A DNA stretch of 64,000 nucleotides from an uncultured virus (IMG/VR IMGVR_UViG_3300050821_011122) (IMGVR_UViG_3300050821_011122), one strand, 5' to 3'; positions 47,959-58,326 are shown, counted from the stretch's first letter. Made by a program: numbers and translations. The notes: generated by a model from the letters alone, not told the origin.

Positions 47959-48350
47959 GCACTTCGCCTGTCGCCACTTATCGGAACATCGTCAACGGCG
48001 AGCCGCAGTGGGGCCAGGGGCAGTCCAACTTCGTGGCCGACGTGTACGCAATCGCGCTGTTGCTGCAAACTCGCCTTAGCCTATTCATGGGCGAATGGTG
48101 GGCCGATCTTAACGACGGGCTGCCGCTTTGGCAGTCCATACTGGGCCAGAACTCCAACGTGGCCGCCATCAGCATGCTGATCTCGCAGCGCATTCTGGCC
48201 ACGCCGTATGTTGTCGGCATCGTTAGCTCCAGCGCGGTGTACGCCAACTCGCAGTTCAGCTACGCCGCAACGGTACAGACGCAGTTCGGGCCGGTAACCG
48301 TGACCAACCAGGGGCCGACGTTCCTGACGCAGTCGCTGCAGACACCATAA
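47955..48350 (+). CDS. Baseplate wedge/sheath initiator (gp25-like)
   Basis: TRLSLFMGEWW..G.P...TQFG. Confidence 0.8.
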   Translation: MSTSPVATYRNIVNGEPQWGQGQSNFVADVYAIALLLQTRLSLFMGEWWADLNDGLPLWQSILGQNSNVAAISMLISQRILATPYVVGIVSSSAVYANSQFSYAATVQTQFGPVTVTNQGPTFLTQSLQTP

Positions 48351-49549
48351 TGGGCGCATACGCACCTCCGGCGATCACCAGCGCGGGCCTCACCGTCCCG
48401 GGCTACCAGGCAATCTACAACTACTACATCGCCGCGCTGCAGCAGATCTACGGCCAGAGCGTGGTGATCGACAACAGCAACCCGGACGTGCAGCTCGTCT
48501 CGCTGTTCGCCCTGGCCGCCGCCGATGGGTTTTCCGCGCTGCAGCTGGACTTTAACAACCATTCCCCGAACTTCGCCATCGGCGCGGCGCTAAGCAGCCT
48601 GGTGAAGCTGAACGGTCTGCAGCGCAAGGTGGCCACGTTCTCCACCGTGGGCGTCACGCTTACCGGCACCCCCGGAACCGTCATCACCGGCGGCGTGGTG
48701 CAGGACACGGTGACCGGAAGCCGCTGGGACCTCCCGGCCTCGGTCACCGTTGGCGGCGGCGGGTCGGTGTCGGTGATAGCCACGTGCGAGACCGCCGGGG
48801 CGGTCAACATCCCGATCGGCACGGCCACCATCATCGCCACCCCCACGGCGGGGTGGACGTCGGTAACCAATTCGGCCATCTCCACCCCGGGGCAGCCCGT
48901 GGAGGCCGACAGCCAGCTGCGCACGCGCCAGGCATTGTCCGTGGCGGCCCCCAGCGAGACGCTGCTGGCCGGGACACTGGCCGCCATTGCGGCGGTGCCG
49001 AACGTCACGCGGTACGCCATCGACGAGAACACCGGGAGCACGACCAACGGAAACGGCACCCCGGGCCACAGCATCCAGGCCACGGTGGAGGGCGGCGCGC
49101 AGGCGGCTATCGCCCAGGCCATCTTCGCCAACCGCGGCATCGGCTGCGGCACGTTCGGCGACGTGACGGTCGCCGTGACCGACCCCAACACAGGCATCAC
49201 GCTCAACATCAGCTTTAACCAGCCGCCCACGTACGTGCCGATTTACGTCATCATCAACGCCCACCTGCTGCCCGGCGGCACCAGCGCCACGCTGACGGCC
49301 ATCGCCCAGGCCGTGGCCGCCTACATCAACAGCCTGCAGATCAGCGGGGGCGGCGGCGTCATCAGCTTCGGCGAGCTGATCACGGCGGCGGCCAGCGTAA
49401 ACGCGAACCCGGACGAGCCCGTGGTTTCCATACGCTCGCCGTTCTACTTCGGCACTAGCGCCAGCCCCAGCACCAGCACCGACGTGGCACTGGCCTTTGG
49501 GGACGCGGCCCAGGGCGCGGTGGGCAACATCACGGTGAACTCCGTATGA
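48350..49549 (+). CDS. Baseplate J-like protein
   Basis: GAALSSLVKLNGLQRK, EADSQLRTRQ, PGHSI..VEGG. Confidence 0.92.
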   Translation: MGAYAPPAITSAGLTVPGYQAIYNYYIAALQQIYGQSVVIDNSNPDVQLVSLFALAAADGFSALQLDFNNHSPNFAIGAALSSLVKLNGLQRKVATFSTVGVTLTGTPGTVITGGVVQDTVTGSRWDLPASVTVGGGGSVSVIATCETAGAVNIPIGTATIIATPTAGWTSVTNSAISTPGQPVEADSQLRTRQALSVAAPSETLLAGTLAAIAAVPNVTRYAIDENTGSTTNGNGTPGHSIQATVEGGAQAAIAQAIFANRGIGCGTFGDVTVAVTDPNTGITLNISFNQPPTYVPIYVIINAHLLPGGTSATLTAIAQAVAAYINSLQISGGGGVISFGELITAAASVNANPDEPVVSIRSPFYFGTSASPSTSTDVALAFGDAAQGAVGNITVNSV

Positions 49550-50934
49550 GAAAATCACTCGCTGTACTGCTTCTACTCGGCGCGGCGCTACCGGCCCTGG
49601 CCCAGATCACCCCGGAGCTGGGGTTCAACGTTCCGCCATACGGCACGCTGAACTGGAACGTGCCGTACAACTCCAACTGGCTGGCCCTGGACCAGTACCT
49701 TTCCGGCAGCACCTCCACGGTCATACTCGGCAACCCCGGCCCGCTGTTCGGCGGCCCCATCAGCTTCAGCCAGACCAACGGCGGCGTGCTGTTCTCGGCG
49801 CTGCCCACGGTCTACCCCAACGGCTCGCAGTTGTACTGCAAAGACTGCAACACCAACTGCACCGCCGGGAGCAGCACGGGCAAGACCTGCTTTAGGGAGA
49901 ACGGCGTGTGGACCGGGGTGTCGAGCGGCGGTTCCGGCGTCACCAGCGTGGGGCTGGTGGGTACCGCTAACGAAATCACAGTCACCGGGACTAGCCCCAT
50001 CATTGCCACCGGCTCCTGGACCTTATCCTTGCCCAGTCCTCTCACCCTATCCACCGCCACCAACGTGCCCAGCGGCGCCACCCTTACCATCCAGTCCGGC
50101 GGCTCGCTGGTGTGCGCCGGAGGTTCCACTTGCCCAGGTGGCACTGGCAGTTTCCCCACCAACCAGTCTTTGGGCGACACCGTGCGCTATAGCGTGTACG
50201 GCGACAGCAAGTGGGACGCCGCCCAGTCCGGCATGAGCATCAGCCTGGGCTGGTACAACGACCAGGCGCAGGGCGTGCCCATCTGCTACGGGGCCATCGG
50301 GTGCAGCCACCCCGTGGCCGAGGGTTCGTTCGCCAACGTGTACGCCAACGGCACCAACAGCCCGGGGGCCACCTACTCCGCCGCGGCCACGGCCTCGACC
50401 TCGGACGTCATCGGCATGGACGTGGGCGCGGGGGCGAACTTCGGCGACTGGGGGTTCGGCAACTTCTACCGCCTGGCCTTCAGCTGGGCCGCCGGTAACA
50501 CGACCAACGTGCGGTATTGGCTTGGCATGACGGCGTTCAACACCGGCGGCGCCGGGTGCAGCACGGCCCCGCCGCGCTCCACTACCTGCTACGCCACCAA
50601 CACGCCCAACACCAGTGCCCTGGTCTTCCGGTACTCGGCGGGCACAGACACGCACTGGCAGGCCGTCAGCATCAACGCCGGGACGGCCACGGTGACCAGC
50701 ACCGGCGTGGCCGTCGACACCAACCCGCACCTGTTCGAGATCGCGGCGGCCATTGGCGGGGGCTACAACTACTACATCGACGGCGTGCTTACGGCCACCA
50801 TCACCACCAACCTGCCCTCGGTCACGGCGCAGTCTTCTCTGACCGAGACCATCATTTTCTGGACCGGGGACAACGAGAACACGGCCACGGCCATCGCCGG
50901 GACTAGCTACTGGATGTCCATGAGCGAGAAATAA
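49546..50934 (+). CDS. Exported Cys-rich fibre/lectin-like protein inserted in the baseplate operon
   Basis: MRKSLAVLLLLGAALPALA-Q; C-terminal beta-sandwich-like region (HLFEI...YYIDG). Confidence 0.8.
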   Translation: MRKSLAVLLLLGAALPALAQITPELGFNVPPYGTLNWNVPYNSNWLALDQYLSGSTSTVILGNPGPLFGGPISFSQTNGGVLFSALPTVYPNGSQLYCKDCNTNCTAGSSTGKTCFRENGVWTGVSSGGSGVTSVGLVGTANEITVTGTSPIIATGSWTLSLPSPLTLSTATNVPSGATLTIQSGGSLVCAGGSTCPGGTGSFPTNQSLGDTVRYSVYGDSKWDAAQSGMSISLGWYNDQAQGVPICYGAIGCSHPVAEGSFANVYANGTNSPGATYSAAATASTSDVIGMDVGAGANFGDWGFGNFYRLAFSWAAGNTTNVRYWLGMTAFNTGGAGCSTAPPRSTTCYATNTPNTSALVFRYSAGTDTHWQAVSINAGTATVTSTGVAVDTNPHLFEIAAAIGGGYNYYIDGVLTATITTNLPSVTAQSSLTETIIFWTGDNENTATAIAGTSYWMSMSEK

Positions 50935-51539
50935 TGGGCGCCGGGTCGGGAGGGCTTGGCGGCGGAGGCTACGGCGGCCCCAACCTGCAGTACTACCTGT
51001 CGCTGCTCACCAGCGAGTGGCAGGCCACGGCCAAGTTCCAGGCGTGGGTGGCGGCCCTGCTGACGCCGCTGGTAGACCTGCAGTCGGCGGCGCTGGCCAT
51101 GTACGCGTTCTTCGATGTGGACAACGCCATTGGCGCGCAACTGGACGCGCTGGGCACGCTAGTGGGGCAGGGGCGCCAGGTGCCGTTCCAGCCCTCGGGC
51201 GGGGTAAGCCCCGTACTGGACGACCCCACGTACCGCGTGCTGCTGAAGGCCAAGATCATACAGAACCAGTTCGATGGCCAGATCGACAGCCTGTACGCCG
51301 CGTGGGCGCAGCTGTTCCCGGGCACGCGCTTTATCTTCATCGACAACATGAACATGACGGCCACGGTCGAGATCGCCGGGGTGTTCACCAGCATCCTGCA
51401 GGACCTGATCACCAACGGGCTGATCGTGCCGCGCCCGCAGGGCGTGCAGTACACGTACTCGTTCGCCACGCTCCCGCTGTTCGGGGTGGACCTGAACAAC
51501 TCCATCATCGCGGGCGTAGACATAGGACACATCGCATGA
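50934..51539 (+). CDS. Baseplate wedge protein (DUF2612)
   Basis: FDVDNAIGAQLDALG..VG.GR, LDD..YR.LLKAKI, IVPRPQGV. Confidence 0.9.
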   Translation: MGAGSGGLGGGGYGGPNLQYYLSLLTSEWQATAKFQAWVAALLTPLVDLQSAALAMYAFFDVDNAIGAQLDALGTLVGQGRQVPFQPSGGVSPVLDDPTYRVLLKAKIIQNQFDGQIDSLYAAWAQLFPGTRFIFIDNMNMTATVEIAGVFTSILQDLITNGLIVPRPQGVQYTYSFATLPLFGVDLNNSIIAGVDIGHIA

Positions 51540-52147
51540 GCACCAACTTTGTCGTATTTAATCCAGGCTGCGCCAACCAGGAGTCGGACGCAACTTATGC
51601 CTCCGACGCCACGCGCACCGGCGGTTACGCCACCGACCAGATCGTGCCCAGCCCACTGCTGAATAAAGCCACCTACCAGCCCAGCATCGGGATTACCGCC
51701 TTGATGCAGTCGCTGGTGGCCAAGGGTTATAGCCCGAACGACGGCTCGGCGGCCCCGGCTAGCGCGCTGGCCAACCTCGTCGCCGTCCTGGCCAACATCA
51801 TGACCAACGCCGACGTGCTTACGGCCATCAGCCTAGGCAACCAGGCGGGTTACGTCAAGTTCGGCCCCGCATTCGGCAACCTGATGGTCCAATGGGGCGT
51901 CGTCAGCGGCGTCAGCTCGAATGTGTCTAATGTGGTCACCTACCCCCAGGCGTTCAGCGGGTCCGGCGGCTCGGCCCCGTTCAACATGCTGGTTCCGTAC
52001 TTCCCAGCGGGCGTGCTCGGGACCATCACGCAGTGGGGCGTGAATTCCGGGGCGTCCACCCCGCTCACCACCTTCACCTTCGAGGTTTCCTCCAGCACCA
52101 CCGCCACGCTCAACATGGGGTGGTTCGCCATAGGTAAGCATTCATGA
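51536..52147 (+). CDS. Short tail fibre/adaptor protein (no signal peptide)
   Basis: N-terminal baseplate-binding type (PSPLLNKA.YQ.S); C-terminal GYVKF...LMVQWG...YPQAF...WFAIG. Confidence 0.8.
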   Translation: MSTNFVVFNPGCANQESDATYASDATRTGGYATDQIVPSPLLNKATYQPSIGITALMQSLVAKGYSPNDGSAAPASALANLVAVLANIMTNADVLTAISLGNQAGYVKFGPAFGNLMVQWGVVSGVSSNVSNVVTYPQAFSGSGGSAPFNMLVPYFPAGVLGTITQWGVNSGASTPLTTFTFEVSSSTTATLNMGWFAIGKHS

Positions 52148-54087
52148 GGAAAATACTTTGCTTTCTGCTGCTCTCCTGCTCCCTCGCCGCGGCCCAGAAC
52201 TTCCTTACCGTGGCGGGCTCGAACACCTACGGCTACGGCAACGCCCTGCTGCCCTCCGGCAGCCTCATTTTTACCGCCACCGACTCGCACGGCGCCCCCA
52301 TCAGCTACCAGGCCGGTGGCGGGGGCCAGGTTGTCCGCTACCCCACCGCCTGCTCCATCGCCAACGGCGTCATCGCCAGCGGGTGCCAGGTGGCCAACGT
52401 GTCGGTGTCTAACCCCGCCAATTTCTGCTACTCCGTGCAGATCGTGGACGCCGCCAACCGGCTGGTGCTCGGCGGCCCCCAGTCCGGCTACAACTGCGTG
52501 CAGCCCCAGACCACCAACTTTTGGTGCGCCTCCGGTACCTGCAATTTCGACCAGTACGTGCCCAACATCCCCACGGCCCTCACCATGCTGCTGCCGCTGC
52601 CCAAGGCACTCAGCATCGGCGGGGTATACGCGTTCACCTGCCCCGTTGGGCTGGTGGCCAACGGCGTGCTTACCACCGGCCTGCTGTCGTGCGTTACCGG
52701 CGGGGGCGGCGGGGGCCTTACCTTTCCCATTTTGGCCCCGAACGGCGGCATCAACGCTCCGTCCTACACCTTCCAGAACAATCGTGACTTGGGCTGGTCC
52801 CTCGACACGACCAATACTTCGGTGTACTTCCAGTTCGGAGAGAGCGATGCCATGGGGTGCGGCACGGCCTTCCTGGGGGGAGTCGGCGGCGGCCCGCTGG
52901 ACTGCGGCATCCAGCTGGAGGCGGCCCAGAATTTCTTCTTTACTAGCACCAGCTACAGCGTCCCGCTGCTGTCCATCAGCAGCGCGGGCGTCACCGTGGG
53001 CGCGAACGCTCCGTTGAACGTGAACGGCGGCGAGAGCGTGCCCAACGGCAGCACCCTTACCATTCAGCCGGGCGGGTCGCTGGTGTGCGCCAGCGGCAGC
53101 ACCTGCCCCGCCCCCGGGGTTACGGCCTTCGCGGCGCTGACGCCGGGGGTTAACGCTACGCCCACGCCATTCGGCATTGCGCCCAGCTCGGCGTTGGGGG
53201 GTAGCACGCCCGACTTCAGCGTGCTCGGGGCCGTGGGGGACGCCAACACCGGCCCCGTGGTGAATATAGACACCCCCACCGGGTCGCAGCAGAACAGCTT
53301 CCGGGCGGGGGTTAATGGCGTATCCCAATTGCAAACCTGCTGGCAGCCGGGGCCGCTGGGGGAAATGGTGTTCGGGTCCACCGTGGCCTGCCCATCCATC
53401 TACACCACCGTGTTCGCCAAGAACGTGTTCCAAGACGGCGCCACCGGCCACACGGGCGCCCGATTCTGGCAGTCCAGCGGCGCCTACGTCGGGGACTTCC
53501 TACAATTCAACACGGCCACCGCCGCCGGGACGGGGTTCAACGCGCTCACCCTGTATACCGGGGTGACTGGCAGCGACACCTACCATGCCGGCGGGGTGCT
53601 GGTGGCCCAGCTCGACGGCAACGGGGACTTCCTTGGCAGCAGCTTCGGCGGCGTCAACCCGTCCGCCCCCATCCAGATCCTAACCTCGGTCCCAGGCGGC
53701 ACGGCCTGCGTCCCGACCGGTGGCAAGTCCCAGATCGCCATAGGTTCGGACGGCAACTTCTACTCCAGCAACAACGGCGGCGCGTGCGTGCGGCTGGGCA
53801 CCGCGGTGGACGTCATCAATGGGACGGCCTCCATGCCCGTCACCGGGATATCTGCGGGAACGTGCTCTACCGTGACGGTGTCGGCCCCGGGCGTGCTGTC
53901 CACCGACTCAATCAACTGGACCCCCAACGCGTCAATCAAGGCGGTTAACGGGTACTCGCCCCCCGCCGCTCTAGCCATACAGTCCTACCCTACCGCTAAT
54001 TTCGTGAACTTCGACGTCTGTAACAACGCCCCCACCGGCAGCGTCACACCTGGGGCCGTTACGTTGAACTGGCGGGTGGCCCGATGA
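52144..54087 (+). CDS. Exported Cys-rich fibre-like protein
   Basis: MRKILCFLLLSCSLAAA-Q; LAPNG..NAPSYTF fibre-type motif. Confidence 0.8.
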   Translation: MRKILCFLLLSCSLAAAQNFLTVAGSNTYGYGNALLPSGSLIFTATDSHGAPISYQAGGGGQVVRYPTACSIANGVIASGCQVANVSVSNPANFCYSVQIVDAANRLVLGGPQSGYNCVQPQTTNFWCASGTCNFDQYVPNIPTALTMLLPLPKALSIGGVYAFTCPVGLVANGVLTTGLLSCVTGGGGGGLTFPILAPNGGINAPSYTFQNNRDLGWSLDTTNTSVYFQFGESDAMGCGTAFLGGVGGGPLDCGIQLEAAQNFFFTSTSYSVPLLSISSAGVTVGANAPLNVNGGESVPNGSTLTIQPGGSLVCASGSTCPAPGVTAFAALTPGVNATPTPFGIAPSSALGGSTPDFSVLGAVGDANTGPVVNIDTPTGSQQNSFRAGVNGVSQLQTCWQPGPLGEMVFGSTVACPSIYTTVFAKNVFQDGATGHTGARFWQSSGAYVGDFLQFNTATAAGTGFNALTLYTGVTGSDTYHAGGVLVAQLDGNGDFLGSSFGGVNPSAPIQILTSVPGGTACVPTGGKSQIAIGSDGNFYSSNNGGACVRLGTAVDVINGTASMPVTGISAGTCSTVTVSAPGVLSTDSINWTPNASIKAVNGYSPPAALAIQSYPTANFVNFDVCNNAPTGSVTPGAVTLNWRVAR

Positions 54088-57000
54088 CCAAGCGCTTATT
54101 CCTAACCGCGCTGCTGTGCGGGCTGTGCCATGGGCAGGTGTCCGGCGGCGCCGTGTTTAACGGCCAAGTATCCTTCCGTTTAACCAACGGCGCCCCGCAA
54201 GTTCCGGCGCTGCCCATGTTCTGGGTGGACAACAACGAGGGGCTATGCGTCGTCTCAGCTACCTGCTACCCGGGATCCCCGGCCCTGACAGTACCCTACG
54301 TAACACCCGCCTACGCCCTCACTCTTACCCCCGGCGGCGGCGCCTGGTCCCCGAGCCAGCCGGCCTGCGTGCTGCACGCCGGGGCCTACGCCGACTCCGC
54401 TCAGGGGCTGCAGTACGCCTGGAACGACCAGGACTACTGCGACACGAACTTCGGCGTGGGGTTCATAGTCAAGGTTCCCACGCCCGCCACCTCTGAAACG
54501 GCGACGGGATGCCCGGCGGGCTGGTACTGCTTCAGCAAGGCGGTAAACAACTACGGCGGCGTGATACCCAATTCCAGGTCGTCGCTCTCTGTCATTCCCA
54601 AGATAACGGAGTCGGTGTACGACTCAACTCTAGCGGCCATGCCGCAGCCCGTATGCGCCGGGGGCGTAGAGGATAACGTCGCATCGGCCACCCAGCCCGG
54701 CCTCAACAACCCGGACTGCACCGGCAGGAATATGTACTACCAGGCCGGGCCGCAGAACGACCAGGGCGTGATTTCCGGAATCGTCACGGTATCGGTCAGC
54801 ACGACGGGCTGGGGTTCGGTCATCTCGACGGGCACGCAATTCCTTCCCCTCAGGAACGGCTACGTGTCGGCCACGCTGGCCCCCACCACCACGGCCTCGA
54901 ATAACGGCTGCGCCAGCGGCTACCTATCCGTCGATAGCGGCATTAATCAGGAGTGCGTGCGGTCCATTGCGCCCACGCCCGGGACGGCGTCCAACCAGGG
55001 CGGGCTGTACGGCAACTTCACCAAGACGCACACCTACCCATTCCCCGTTACCTACACGCCCGACTCCGGCGCGGGCTCGGGCACCTTCGCCCTGGCTAAT
55101 GGTATCGCCACCAGCATTTCGGCTTACAACTACCTGCAGTACATGCCGCAAATCGGGATCAACTTCGCGGGCGGCTTGCCGTTGCAGCTGTGCACCGCTA
55201 GCGCCATCACGGGCGGCAGCGTCAACGTTAATTGCGCCACCAACCAGGGCCCGTCCAACTGGACCTTTGCGGATCTCGCGGTAGCCTTGTGCCCTGGCCC
55301 GGTCAGCGGCTGCGCGGGGGCCAGCAACAACCAAAACCTTGTGGCGACCGGCAACGGCGTGACCGCCCAAGCCGTATCCTCGTGCGTTACCGCGCCGTTC
55401 GCCGCGTATTGCTACACCCAGTACGCCCATGACATCCACTTCCGCCGCATCTGGGCACATGGCGATTGGACAAGTTTGTACGCCGGAACGAACGCGGTGG
55501 CGGACGGCTTTAATCTCAGCGGCTGTTATTACTGTTCAGTCATCGACTATCAAGTCAGCCAAGCCCTGCGCCCCGGCGAGGAGGGCCACTGCGTACTGAA
55601 CCAGGGGAATACCACCAAGATCAGCAACGGATGGTGCGAGGGAATGTCCAGCGGAGTATTGCAGGGTGGCGTCATCATCGCACCGGCATGGCTCGCATAC
55701 AACTCCGGGAGCGATCTGCAGCTCACGCGCTATCGGGGGACGTTTCCTTATTCTTGGCTGGGCTGGCAGTGCTCGAACAACCCCAGCTCGACGCCGACGA
55801 ACAACAACAACGGCTGCTACAACATCCCCGGGACGAATGCCTACTGGGGCGGGGCGGGCGACAACTATGCCGCTCTTACCTGCGGCCAGCCGGGCGTGAC
55901 GTGCGTAAATATCGCGAGCGGGGGAACCGCGGTGACCTACGTCAGTGGCCCGCCATTCCATGATGCTAATTCGTTCTGGAGCGTCGGACACCAAAAGGTC
56001 TTGGTCAACGGCAGCGACGTCAACATTGGGTCGCTCGGTCCAGGAACCTGCTCTTGGCCTTTGGGAACGGGCTGCCCGACGACCATGACTCTGCAAACCG
56101 CCGCGACGGGATGTTCCTCGGGCTGCACCAACGCCACGTTCGTATTTAATGGAAATTCTTTAGTCCGCAAGAATGCGGCTGAGTTGAAGCAGGGTCAGCG
56201 GATACTTATCGCTGGCGCCATCCTGGAGAACGTGGACAACAGCGGCGGCCAAAACGGAATCGGCTTCGCCAACGCAGTCAGGAGCATTTCCGGAGTTCCC
56301 ACCGGCGCGGCCTACAACACCATCATGTCGGACATCACCGTCCAGGGAATCATCATGCGTAATCTTTGCGATGGATTCACCGACAGCGGCGGGCGATCGG
56401 CCAACTCCACCAGCGGCGACGGCGTGTCCTACGCGCAGGCCAGGTTTAGCTATGTGGACGCGCTCGGTTACAATATATCGCTGACTAATCCAGGTTGTGG
56501 CGGCAGCAGCTATGCCATGACGCAGGCCTCAGCGGGCCAGTTCTGGAACGTCACCGCTCAGGAGAATACGGCGGGAACCGCGGTAGCACTGACTGCAATT
56601 GCTTCGGTGGACGCCGGGCAGAACGTTGTACAGGCCACCCCTTCCGGGGCTAATACAGTCTATTTAACTACCGGCTCAACTGCGGCGCTCAACGCCATAC
56701 TGTGCGGGTCGCCCAGCGGCGCGTATGTGTTCGTGTTCGGGTTCGTCAACGCCGGTAACAACTCCCCAGCCGCGGGTTTCCAGTGCGTATCCTCCACCAA
56801 TACGTCGCCGCTGACCATAACCCTGGCCAATTCCGGAGGCGTGGCCGAGGGGCCGATAGCCACCCCAGCCATCAACAACGCCAACCCAATCTTGAACAAC
56901 ACCTCCGGGATTTGCTCTGGCGCGGTGGTCTCCGTCACCTGCCCCGCCGTGGGTTTCCAGGTCCTCGACATGCTGCCTAGTGACCCCGCGGCGCTGCTCG

Positions 57001-57959
57001 GCGTCTCCAGTTACGCGCCCACGATTTCCGGCGCTGCCTGCGCGACATTCGCAATGCCCAACCAGACGGTTGGCGGAAACATCATTCCCGCTGGTGTCGG
57101 GCCTTTGCTTTCTTCCGGTACTACCCCGTGGACTGGAACCTGGAACACGGGAAATGTGACGATCACCTATCCATGGGTTGCAACCCCGCTGGCTTCTGAT
57201 CCAAGCGGCTATTGCGTTCTATCCAACACCCAGGGTAGCCCAGCGCACGTCACCCACAACCATGAAACCCTGATCACTACAGCCCTTGAGACCATCGGAA
57301 ACGGCCCAGCCCCGACCCCTCACGGGCCTCCGTTCATCACCGGCTTTAATCTGAGCAATAGCATCATCGGGAACAAGGGCAATGCTTACACCCTGGCCGA
57401 TGGTTCCACCACGACGCCCCTCAACACCGGCAGCCCCACGGCCCTGTACAACTCGTCCACCAACCTGCCGCACGAGGGCCAGAGCACGGAGTCCTTCAAC
57501 TACGACGTCACCACCATGTCCTTGTTCGACGACGTGTGGCCGGGGCGGGCGGCGCAGTTCACGCAGTCGAGCGCCGGGTGCTACGTGGAGTACGGCAACA
57601 ACCCGCTCCACCCGGACCCCGGCGGTTGCACGGGCGCGGGGTGCGCTCCGACCGGCGGCTGCACGGGCAGCGGCGGGACGCTCCCGACCATGAGCTTCCC
57701 GGCGGCGCTGCACTGCTCCGGGGCCACGGCCACCAGCGCGTGCGTGGGCTTTGCGGCGGCCATGAGCGCGGCCAGCACGCCGCTCACCATGGCCGACTAC
57801 CACGGCTGGACGCTGGTCGGCACCAGCTCGTTCCACAACGCGGCCTCGGACGGCACGGACGTGGGGGCCAGGATCGCCAACATCGACTCCGCGCTGACCA
57901 ACAACCTGTACGTGTGCGGCACGCCCTGCGGGGCGCCCGGGCCGTTCCCGGACCACTAG
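54084..57959 (+). CDS. Exported very Cys-rich protein with probable beta-helix core (1291 aa)
   Basis: MTKRLFLTALLCGLCHG-Q; HDIHFRRIWAHG, KNAAELKQGQRILI.G.ILEN; about 44 mature Cys by hand count. Confidence 0.8.
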   Translation: MTKRLFLTALLCGLCHGQVSGGAVFNGQVSFRLTNGAPQVPALPMFWVDNNEGLCVVSATCYPGSPALTVPYVTPAYALTLTPGGGAWSPSQPACVLHAGAYADSAQGLQYAWNDQDYCDTNFGVGFIVKVPTPATSETATGCPAGWYCFSKAVNNYGGVIPNSRSSLSVIPKITESVYDSTLAAMPQPVCAGGVEDNVASATQPGLNNPDCTGRNMYYQAGPQNDQGVISGIVTVSVSTTGWGSVISTGTQFLPLRNGYVSATLAPTTTASNNGCASGYLSVDSGINQECVRSIAPTPGTASNQGGLYGNFTKTHTYPFPVTYTPDSGAGSGTFALANGIATSISAYNYLQYMPQIGINFAGGLPLQLCTASAITGGSVNVNCATNQGPSNWTFADLAVALCPGPVSGCAGASNNQNLVATGNGVTAQAVSSCVTAPFAAYCYTQYAHDIHFRRIWAHGDWTSLYAGTNAVADGFNLSGCYYCSVIDYQVSQALRPGEEGHCVLNQGNTTKISNGWCEGMSSGVLQGGVIIAPAWLAYNSGSDLQLTRYRGTFPYSWLGWQCSNNPSSTPTNNNNGCYNIPGTNAYWGGAGDNYAALTCGQPGVTCVNIASGGTAVTYVSGPPFHDANSFWSVGHQKVLVNGSDVNIGSLGPGTCSWPLGTGCPTTMTLQTAATGCSSGCTNATFVFNGNSLVRKNAAELKQGQRILIAGAILENVDNSGGQNGIGFANAVRSISGVPTGAAYNTIMSDITVQGIIMRNLCDGFTDSGGRSANSTSGDGVSYAQARFSYVDALGYNISLTNPGCGGSSYAMTQASAGQFWNVTAQENTAGTAVALTAIASVDAGQNVVQATPSGANTVYLTTGSTAALNAILCGSPSGAYVFVFGFVNAGNNSPAAGFQCVSSTNTSPLTITLANSGGVAEGPIATPAINNANPILNNTSGICSGAVVSVTCPAVGFQVLDMLPSDPAALLGVSSYAPTISGAACATFAMPNQTVGGNIIPAGVGPLLSSGTTPWTGTWNTGNVTITYPWVATPLASDPSGYCVLSNTQGSPAHVTHNHETLITTALETIGNGPAPTPHGPPFITGFNLSNSIIGNKGNAYTLADGSTTTPLNTGSPTALYNSSTNLPHEGQSTESFNYDVTTMSLFDDVWPGRAAQFTQSSAGCYVEYGNNPLHPDPGGCTGAGCAPTGGCTGSGGTLPTMSFPAALHCSGATATSACVGFAAAMSAASTPLTMADYHGWTLVGTSSFHNAASDGTDVGARIANIDSALTNNLYVCGTPCGAPGPFPDH

Positions 57960-57975
57960 AAAAAAGGGGGATTAA

Positions 57976-58326
57976 ATGGAACCGAACATCGTATTCAGCC
58001 AGCTAACCGGGGGCGCCGCGTGCGCCTACCTGCTGCTGCTGCTGCAAAAGTGGAGCAAGCTGCCGTGGATCACGGCGCACACCACGTGGATCAACTTCAT
58101 GGTCCGCGTCGTCTTCTCGCTGGCCACCAACCTGGGCATCCAGGCCGTGTGGGCCAGCAACGTCAGCACGCCCGGCGGCCACGTGCTTACCGTGACGGTG
58201 CCGCCCGCCGTCGAGATCCTGCACTTCGCCTGGGTGTGGTTCGGGCAGTACGCCATGCAACACGGGTGGCTCAACCTGTTCACCATGAGGCCGGTGACGC
58301 CGCCGCTGGTGGCGGAGAGCAAGTAG
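57976..58326 (+). CDS. Holin-like membrane protein
   Basis: Two to three hydrophobic segments; position after the fibre genes. Confidence 0.55.
   Translation: MEPNIVFSQLTGGAACAYLLLLLQKWSKLPWITAHTTWINFMVRVVFSLATNLGIQAVWASNVSTPGGHVLTVTVPPAVEILHFAWVWFGQYAMQHGWLNLFTMRPVTPPLVAESK

Noticed and set aside
40078..57956. Long antisense ORFs (e.g. 40078-41187, 48590-49558, 51940-53451)
   Set aside because: Shadows of high-GC3 sense genes with no recognisable motifs
30535..57959. Diversity-generating retroelement acting on the fibres
   Set aside because: No reverse transcriptase and no adenine-specific TR/VR pair noticed; the repeats are diverged protein repeats
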